Assembly: GCA_951406725.2 (NCBI GenBank)
Contig: OX597820.1
Coordinates: 51,336,001 to 51,400,000 of the forward strand
Reading direction: 5' to 3'
From: Octopus vulgaris
Lineage: Eukaryota
DNA: 64,000 nt
The notes below the pieces were generated by a model. It had not been told where the DNA came from. It did no database searches and was given only the letters and a program-made list of their open reading frames with translations. Numbering within the stretch: the stretch's first letter is position 1; each line of letters opens with the position of its first letter. Shown piece by piece: positions 53,076 through 64,000 of this stretch. A program made the translations under genes and the position numbers.

Positions 53076-53499
53076 CCTCTATTTACATAATATTGAAGTC
53101 TCTTTCTTTCTTTTGTTATCTTACCATTTTTACCAATATATATACATACATACACCTCTGTTTTACAGACATTATCGATATAGATTTCTTTACATTCTTT
53201 GTCTAGACAAGTCATATGCACCTTGTCATTCTATACAATTAATCTGTGAATAGGAAAAGTGGTCTGTTGTTTACAAGTTTCAAATTCAGTCCCAACAATC
53301 CATGCGAGGCTATAGAGACCAAGTAAAATAATTTGTGTATAATATACACTGTTAGATGAAAATTATACAAATTACCACATGTACACACACACAGGCACAC
53401 AGAGACGTTCAGTTCAATCAAATCTATGCACGATACTGCCTAATTTCTTTATGTGCGTGTGTGTGTTTCTGTTTCCGTGTGTGAGTGAACGCGCGTATT

Positions 53500-53610
53500 T
53501 TAGTGGTTAGAGTTTTCCACTCACGATCGCAAGAATGTGGGCTCTATTTCCGGACAGGGATTCGTTTTCTGTTTCATGAGTATAACGTTTAATTTGATGC
53601 TGCTATGCGC
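53500..53610 (+). mobile_element. Decayed SINE head
   Basis: TTAGTGGTTAGAG..CACGATCG resembles the head of the 54364 copy. Confidence 0.45.
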
Positions 53611-53689
53611 CTGAGACAGAAGCAGAATATTTGCTGCATCGACTCTCCACATTGTGAGATCAAATAACATTTCCGTAGAAAGGGCAACC

Positions 53690-54822
<1,133 letters not shown>

Positions 54823-55104
54823 TGATATCGGGAACACTTTTCCAGTATTAGGATGGCTTCAGGTTTTCTAGGTCATGTAACTACAACACTAATCTTTATG
54901 CTCTACAACGCTGTTGACTGTACATCCAGCTATTCTTAGTACATCATGGTGTTTCTGATTCAAAAGGAAACCTGAATTGTCAAATCTAGTCTGAAAGTCC
55001 GTATATACAGATTCTCCTGTCTGCCTGAGACTATTTTGTAACAGCTGCATTCACGATATTCTCACCCCCGCTTCAATTTAAACATAAACTAGACCCACTG
55101 CACA

Positions 55105-55322
55105 TTCATTTCTATTCTAGTCACAAATCTCGAAATTTTGGGGGAGGGGGGGCCAGTCGATTAGATCGACTCCAGTATGCAACTGGTACTTATTTTATCG
55201 ACTCCGAAAAGATGAAAGGCAAAGTTTTCCTCGACGGAATTTGAACTCAGGAGGTAATGACAGACGAAATACTGATAGGTATTTCGACTAGGGTGCTAAC
55301 GTTTGTGACAGCTCGCTGCCTT
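55105..55322 (-). mobile_element. ~210-bp SINE copy
   Basis: Reverse complement of the 23018-23215 family. Confidence 0.8.
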
Positions 55323-58300
55323 AGACCACCGCACATTGCTAGTGAATAGCGCTTCCTTTGCTTTTGTCCTACGTACATACATAGGAATATATTAAATGGA
55401 ATTTCTGAAACATCAACATACTCAAAGGCATTTTTAAAATAAAATTCTATAGAATTATCATATTATTGCTCTCATTATGTGACTAGTTTTCAACATTTGA
55501 ATGAAAACATACATTTCTTTAATAGTGAAACGTTGTGTTTGAACTTATTTATTTACTAGTCTCCAAGCGAAATACCAAAAATACATCAATTACATTTTAT
55601 AATTCTTGAAATGTTGACACTCTAAAACTTCCTCATATAATGCATCAAAATAAAAGTATAATCTTATAAGATACTACAGAAAGCATGGGATTAATTTACA
55701 TATATAAGGGTGGTGGCATATATGCATGCTAGTATTCCTATTAATGTTTATATATTTATTATGGATTGTAAAAGAAAAGTTCACGCGAAATCATTTTATC
55801 TAGTTTCTATTTAGATAAATATATTTTGGTGATTTCCTATCCTGTTATGCCAACTACATCCCCCCCACACTCACACTCTCTCACTTTTTGCCTGCATGCC
55901 GTTGCTTGTATCTGGCTTTCCCATTCTATTTCTCCCTCTCCGTCTCTTTCCCTCTCTCTATCTCTATGTTTGTGTACGCATGCGAGTGTGTATATTTGTT
56001 TCTATGCTTATATTTAGGAACACATATATATCTACATTCCCGTATATGTATGTAAGTATGTAAGTATGTATGTATGTATGTATGTATGTATGTATGTATG
56101 TATGTATGTATGTATGTGTGTATGTATGTGTGTATGTATGTATGCATGCATGTATATACATGTGTGTGTTTGTGTGTGAATGTATGTGTAATTATATTTG
56201 CATACGTGTAATTCTGCTTATGTCTTCATATGTAAAGCAAAAAATGTTTATTGGGATCCATGGTCCCATACTTGTCTAGAATGAATGAACGTGAGATCCC
56301 ATACGCTGATAATACATGTAACATGTAACGGCCAATTCTCACCCAGACCACGTCGCTTTCTTACAAAAGGCCAAGCACATTTTTGTTGATGCGATCCAAT
56401 GTTTGGACAAAAGAGGTGCCTGAATGACGTCTGGAATATCTTTACTGAGAAGTGTGTTGGATAATTGCTGATCTGCGGGTTTAAATAATACACATACATG
56501 ATAAGTCGAAACGTATCATAAACATATCGGCAATAGCACGCTTGCAGGTGATGGTCCAACGATTTCAAATACCTCTAAAGTTCATTTCTATTCCTATTCA
56601 CTTACTATTTCATGAGATTTCACTTCATTTGTTGAAATACGAGCTCTCCCAACCAACTCATTGGCAGCTATTTAGAAATTCATTTGTACTTGAATGCAAA
56701 ATCATAATTATAATAAATTAGAATTTTTCGGCAAGCTACAATATCCACACTTGCATCTACTTTTCTATTAAGTGATTGTATATAATTTGAAGTTGCAGTA
56801 ACGTATTTAATGAGTAGATTATAAGGAAGCTGAGAAAAATAATTACCATGAAGAAAAGTATTATTATGAGCAAACAAATAATATTGAAATCATTTTAAAT
56901 GCGAGACGCAGCTCCGGATTAGCTTAGGTGTTGTTAAATTTTCATCAGCTGAGTATAAATTTCAGTGTACACAATTGAACATGAGTTGGTATGAATGCAT
57001 TTTTCGAATATATATTACTTATTTGTATATTAGCCAAAGAACCAGACATTCTACTGGTTATTCTTGGAAATTACTGAAAAAAAAAAAATCAACAAGAATC
57101 AAGTTAAAATAAACCAGATGGTTTTTTCCTACATATTGGTTTTTGTGACAGAAAAATGAGAGAAGCTCCAACTAAATAAATCTACATTGTGCGAAAATTC
57201 AATTAAACATTCAGTTATATTAGTTATATTAAACATTCAGTTATATGTTATCTCACATATTTTTTTGCCTCTGTAACTCGTATCCTTTTGTCTTAGTAAA
57301 TTTCTCTGCATTTCTTTTAAATATGAAGTGAGAATCAGCGTCCATTTTCTAACTTGTCACAATGAAATTTTTTCATAATTAGCCTCAATAAATTTCTGTA
57401 GCGCTTTCATTCGTTCTCTTTCTCATTTTCTTTCCGTATTTTCACTCATTTTCTCTTTGAATGTGTATATGTCACTATGCCTACACCTATGAGCACATGT
57501 CTGTCTATGCGCATATATTTATGCGGACATGCGAGATGAATAGGTGGTCGACTTAGTGCATTCGTCTCTTTGAATAGTTTACTGTATGAAGTAAATTATT
57601 ATTGTTAAGTGAAAATGGAAGCATGGAAGCTCTTTTGGTTCTGATGATCCCGTATTGGAAATGCTTCTACAGAAATTTAATCAGAATTAGTGTGAGAAAC
57701 TGAATCGAATAAGTCAACATAGTGAGATACATGCAGAATAATACAAAACAATTCTTGAACATTCATATCGGCATATTATGAGCACGAACTTAGATGAACT
57801 GAAATAAGAGACACACGTGGATAATATGAAAGGCTTTGCCAATCCAAGGGTTGAACTGTTACACCTACGAGATAGATTCTAAATAGTGTATACTCATTGA
57901 CAATAATCAATCCAAACAATTCGAATTCATGTAAATGCGTTTCTGTTACTTTTCACCGCCTATTTCACTAAAAGTATTAAGAAGGTCTCAGAACAGCTCT
58001 GTCAGCCTAACATCATGTAAGCGTTCTTTGTCATCAATAAAGTATTGATGATATATGGTTTGGTGCGATAACATTACTGCTTAAATTGTGTAATAATGTG
58101 GATTTAGTCTTAGCAACAACTTTCGTAAACTAACATTTTCGTTCCTACCAAAACGTTGATATATAACAATTTTCCCAATTTTCGAGACAGACAACAACAA
58201 AATCTAGAGACTATAGAATCTCTCTTCAATCACTAAAAAATGTACTTCAATAGAAACTGTATACAAATAAACCAAGAAACCATAGCAGGGAAAGAGTGTA

Positions 58301-59144
58301 GAATATAACCGCCATGCCGTTAATTAGACAGGTGTTTCTCCTTCCAGACACTTTAGGAGAAATATTTAAGATAAGACTGATCTTGAAAATCTTACAATAT
58401 AAAGTAAATCATATTGCGGGTAGGTCTAGCATATGACGGTTATTTGGAAAATGTCATAGTGAGAAATTAACATTTATTATTGAAGTTTTACAGATTGTAG
58501 TGATTACAATATTCATCAAGGCTGGTAGCATATCGGATAGTTCGGTGTGTATCATGCAAGCTAATATGTGTGTTGATAACTATATCTAGGTTTCTTTCAG
58601 AAATATAAATATTCGTGTTTTCTGTGGCAACGGCGATAGAGGCACGTTGTGATTTTGAGGCTGAAGTTCATACACTGTACCAACTAGCTGCAGACATATT
58701 CTTCTTCACGAATTTATAACAAACTAGAAAACCTTGTATATATTCAATAAGAATTACTATTCGTCATTGAAGAAGTGCTAGTCGCTGTTTCAACGGAGCG
58801 CCTATAGCGGATCACGAATACATTTTTTAACTCATTCAAACACTTTTGAGGAAAAGTTCAACATAGTATCATGTAGGCGCAGGTACAATTACACAGAATA
58901 TCAGTGCCAACACATAACGATCAGAGTCGGTTGTTTTAAATCTAATTTGAAACACGTTACGCGTACTGGAGTATATACTTCTTAGTAAAACAAGAAAAAA
59001 AAACGATGTCAATGCACCCAGGTGATTTCAAAAGCTAGGATTGCAGTTATAGAACAAACCTCTGCTTCTATTGGAATTGATTGCAAGATTTAGACTTCTT
59101 ATCCCCTATTTGCGTGGTGTCAAATCCTTGGTTATGCACAATAT

Positions 59145-59467
59145 AGGAGTACTCCATCGGATGCGACAACGAGGGTCCCAGCTGATACGATCAACGGAAC
59201 AGCTTGCTCGTGAAATTAACGTGTAAGTGGCTGAGCACTCCACAAACACGTGTTCCCTTAACGTAGTTCTCAGGGAGATTCAGCGTGACACTATGTGACA
59301 AGGCTGGCCCTTTGAAATACAGGTACTGCTCGTTTTTGCCAGCCGAGTGGACTGAGCAACGTGAAATAAAGTGTCTTGCTCAAGGACACAACGCGCCGCC
59401 GGGAATTGAACTGAGAATCTTAAGATCATGAACCGAATGCTTCTAACCACTAAGCCACGCGCCTTCA
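59145..59467 (-). mobile_element. tRNA/CORE SINE
   Basis: Minus strand GGCGCGTGGCTTAGTGGTTAG (A box), AGTTCAATTCCC (B box), TGTGTCCTTGAGCAAGACACTTTATTTCAC (CORE-like). Confidence 0.85.
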
Positions 59468-60194
59468 CTATGCACAATATAAAGTTCATAAGAATGAATG
59501 GTTACAAGCTGTCAATCATGACGGCCTCCTGCATGGATTACCAAATGTGAACTGCAATAGTGAACAGCTACGCAAATTAGGAAATATATATTTCGTCAGG
59601 AAAATCTGCACTGCGCGGTGTATGTAACACTAATGTCATCTTAAAGGCCTGCGCACTGTAATTCTTTACTAAAAACTTTACGAATTTTAATGACAAATCC
59701 GTCCAGTTCACCAACAGTACTAGAATGCTACAAACGAAAGCCATTCATTGTAATCACTGGCAATTGACAACACCAGCTTATGATATGTGTAAATGGTCTT
59801 GATAGTGTGTATACGTATTGTATAATTATCATTTATTCACTATTTGACATACTTGTGGCAAAGTTACAGCAATATTCAGTTCATTCATTTTCCACTTCAT
59901 ACAACGGAACATCTATGCAAACGCATCGATTGCATCAAATGAAAAAATAAATGAATAAATAAAAATAAATAAACAAATAAATAAATAACAGCCTAATCTT
60001 CTACCTATATAATCCTGCAATCTTTAAGATGTTAATGCCAATTACATAATTTATTCATAGACACACCAAAAAGTCATAATTTCCAGGTTTGAATTTCAGT
60101 TGTATCACACTTGATTCTGAGGTGCGATTAAACATAAAATATAACGAACGTATATATGCATGTGTGTATGTGAATCTGTGTGTGTGTGAGTGTA

Positions 60195-60400
60195 TATTTT
60201 GATTCAGTTATGTAAAGCAATGTCCGTGTTTGCATTTGTGTCATACTTTCGTTATGTTCGCGAATTGTTTTCGTCATTAGCTTCTTATGAATCAAGCCTA
60301 AACACTTCCAACAAACTCTTTACATTAAATGGATTATTTAACAGTAGGATGATGCAAATAATAAAAAAAAATCGTTGAATGTTATTGTATATTATTGCTA

Positions 60401-60433
<33 letters not shown>

Positions 60434-60929
60434 TACACACACAAACACGTAGACATATGCATACATGTATACATACAAACATATACTGTGTGTTTGTACG
60501 TATATATGTATGTACGAGCACAACACCCCACGTCCAATGGAGGGTGCTGATTTGTCAAACATTCAAACATTTAAACCAAATTTTCTCAAAACAACTTGCC
60601 CGAACATCCCATTTTGTGGCATTATTTCAAACCAGCCGGCTTTTTTTGCACAAACTGCACGTGCATTATTCTCGCGTATGCGTAGTATCGATCGCAACAG
60701 GTGATGTACTTACGCGTACAAATACACGTTCCCGCGGCTTTATCGATCGCATTCTCACCTGGAATCGGTTTTTGCAATTTCTACATGACGTATCCACGCC
60801 CTGATACCGTTGGTATCTACATATCAAATTTAAGCGCAATCGGATCGGATGGAGGATGCCCGAGATCGTAGAAGACACACACAGACAGACAGACAGAACC
60901 GGATTTTATATAATAGATATGTGTATGTA

Positions 60930-61007
<78 letters not shown>

Positions 61008-61207
61008 CAATAATATACAAAAACCCTCAACGATTTTTTTACGAGCATCATCCTACTGTTAAATGTTCCATTTAATGTAAACTGCGTTGGAAGAGTTTGG
61101 GCTTGATTCGTGTGAAACTAATGATGAAAGCAATTAGCGAACGTAACTAAATTATGACACTTACAAATGCAAACACGGACATTGCCTTACATAACTGAAA
61201 CAAAATA
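60195..61207. repeat. Large foldback: ~250-bp inverted arms (60195-60445 and 60925-61207)
   Basis: TTCAGTTATGTAAAGCAATGTCCGTGTTTGCATTTGT...TTTAACAGTAGGATGATGC...(CT)n(CA)n is mirrored on the right. Confidence 0.85.
60520..60918 (-). mobile_element. Non-autonomous Helitron-like 5' end
   Basis: Minus strand A|TCTATTATATAAAA..(CTGT)n..CCGATTGCGCTTAAATTTGATATG: TC start with a subterminal tetranucleotide repeat. Confidence 0.55.
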
Positions 61208-61888
61208 GCTAATTCATTGAATCATTGCCTAAACAAAACAAAATCGTCACGATTATTTCCCCGCGTAGAAATGATCGGTGATTATTTTCCCACATTTTCA
61301 TGAATGCTGTTTTATTTGAAACTGGATGATAGTTAAACATAAAAGTAACGCTCTTTGGAGTTTTGAGTACTCCCACGTCTCTTTAAGATTTGTTGTTCCT
61401 CGTCTAAACCTTTCCGAACCTAACCCAAATTTAAAATTAAGATTGTAGTGTGAACAAAGAAACTCTGAAGCTGGCAACAGTCTTCCCATTAAAGCTTTGA
61501 GGAGATGCGTCGACTTATCTTTATGACAGAAACGCTTGTTGTGGGAACATATCAAGTACATAACGTCGTTTCATTGTTCGTCGAAATGTTTCCTGATCTA
61601 ATTTTTCTGTGATACAGGACTTTATCTACGATGGTGTCCCCTCATGAAGACAACCTGAGCAACACTGCTACTTGAGGATGCTGTGGTGATTGTGCAGACG
61701 TCTTTTTAATGATAGGATTTGGTAATTTTGTGTTACCTGTCTCTATCGTAGCAGCGTAATCTGCAATTCCCAAACATTGAATGTTTGGGAGTTATTTTCA
61801 TATAATTATACGCACGGAAATTCGTCCACATTTGAGTGTAAATTTTATTCGAAGTTTAATATTTGTGAACGAAATGTTTAAGTTATTC

Positions 61889-61920
<32 letters not shown>

Positions 61921-61921
61921 T

Positions 61922-61966
<45 letters not shown>

Positions 61967-62729
61967 GTGTGTTTCCTAAGCTGAAAGAACGAAATAAGTT
62001 AAATTGATTGTAAACATTTCCGGAGGCGTCGATGGCTTTATCATTAATGGGAAATGCCTTAATGTATTTATAAAGACTACGAATGAATTTTTGATATATA
62101 ACATAACTTAATTGAAGACTACTTGCAAAAGTTTGTCATATTACTACGGTATCTCAATTTCGTGCATCTTCGTACACTTTCTTTATAATTTGTACCTCAT
62201 AAAAAGAAAAGGGACGCAAATATGATAAATGTATCTCGATGAAATATATCAACAAATCCTTTGAAATCTGGTTTATGAAAAGAACAATTTCCGCCTTTCT
62301 CTGAAGTAATATCATAGCCTACCAAATATTGTAACACTTTTCCGAATACATTTCCCGATTTTTAAATAGCCCTGTGTTTATTTCAATGTATTTTACATTC
62401 TAAAAGGAACATCTGACAAAACATTTAGCCGTCAAGAGAATAGATAATAATAGTGTGTTCAGGTATATAATGTAAGCAGTTTTTCCCGACTTGTTGCATA
62501 TATCCTTTGAAATGAGACACAAAAAGAAAGATTATACATATATCTACATTATTAGATGAACAAACTATTATAGCTGTTTCCAATGAAAGAAGTGATTTTC
62601 TATAATTCCTATTATACCATATATCTTGATGTCCATCAGGACATTTCGACAGGTAGAAAATGTTTTATGGGAAGGGTTTTAACAGTTCGGATAATTATGC
62701 CAACGCACACATGCGCGTATGCACGATGA

Positions 62730-62767
<38 letters not shown>

Positions 62768-63124
62768 ACAAATATGTATACACACGTACATACACACGCA
62801 CAACACACACACACACACATACAAACACACTGACAGAATTGCCACACTGACAGAATAGCCACACTGACGTAAAGACATATTTACAGTGACTGTTATGTTA
62901 GTAGATAGATTGAAAAATAGATAGATAGGTAGATATAAAGAAAGGAATAAAAGAGAAAAAGAAAGAACAGAGGAAAGAAAGACAAAAATGAAATATATAT
63001 ACATATAGATGTCACACATAGATAAATAGAGAAATAGAACAGCTTTTTTTTTGTTAGTAGTGAAAAGAACTGTAAAGAATTGTACGTATAGAAACTACTT
63101 CAAATATATGTGAGGTAATCGTTA

Positions 63125-63322
63125 ATTATATATATAATATACATATATATATAAACGTAATACTATATATTTATATATAGTATATATATATACATACATA
63201 TATATATGTATATATATATATAAATGTATATGTGTATGTATATGTATATATTTGTAAGTATGTATATATACATATGTAAACATGTATATATATACATATA
63301 TATATGTATATATATATATACA

Positions 63323-63371
<49 letters not shown>

Positions 63372-63402
63372 GTATATATATATACATATATATATATTTA
63401 TG

Positions 63403-63447
<45 letters not shown>

Positions 63448-63467
63448 TTATATATATATACATATAA
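63125..63467. repeat. Degenerate (TA)n tract
   Basis: Seen directly. Confidence 0.95.
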
Positions 63468-64000
63468 TCATGTATGTTGTATGTAAGTAATCTATCCTTT
63501 TATATACCTATTTATCTATGTAGCCATCAAGCTAGCAATCTACCTATCTATCTGTCTGTCGGTCTGTCTCTTTAACAATGTATTTGAATTTCTATTTACC
63601 TATATGTATAATACGGTATTTTATACATTATTGTGCTTGTGTGTGTTTGTCTGTCTCTCTGTCTGTCCGTGTGCGTATTCGTGTCTGCGTGCGAGTGTGT
63701 ATGAGTACACATAGCTATGAGCGTCTTTTGTTTCTTCGTTCCAAATACAAATTATCATTTTCGATTATTATTCCAGCTGATATTGAAATATGGAGTTCAT
63801 GTCTAGTTGAAATATATAGCTCAGCTGTTTAGTAAGTGTTTAGAAAAACACGCCCACGGGGCAGGGAAATAATTTAGGAGAGTGAATCAATCTGAGGACA
63901 GGTTTGGAACAAAATTTACATGACGCCGAATGGAAGAGAAGTAAGTTCAAACGGACTTAGATTCATATATCGAACATGAAATTACGCACCTTGGTAACCC

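Noticed and set aside
57641-57670. CTGATGA...GAAA spacing
   Set aside because: No consistent stem I or stem III; likely chance

Overview
AT-rich, microsatellite-dense eukaryotic DNA with no host protein-coding exon I can support; it looks intergenic or intronic. The repeat families (tRNA/CORE-type SINEs, Dong/R4 and CR1-group LINEs, Penelope-like elements) point to a coleoid cephalopod, probably Octopus (inference). Nearly all ORFs in the supplied track are microsatellite artefacts. The real content is transposon-derived. (1) A young, near-intact CR1-group LINE (11449-15353) sits in (TA)n. Its ORF1 hides a CCCH zinc finger, and its only visible lesions are two 1-bp deletions and a 5' truncation. 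(2) Several SINEs share that LINE's structured 3' tail. (3) Decayed Dong/R4 elements and a ~550-bp non-coding element form a same-orientation array in (TAA)n. (4) Penelope-like fragments carry fold-back ends and minimal hammerhead ribozyme motifs, including a TSD-flanked insert that contains a copy of nearby DNA. (5) Tc1/mariner remnants, a MITE, and a large foldback enclosing a Helitron-like end. All calls were made by eye with no database searches, so boundaries of decayed elements are approximate.
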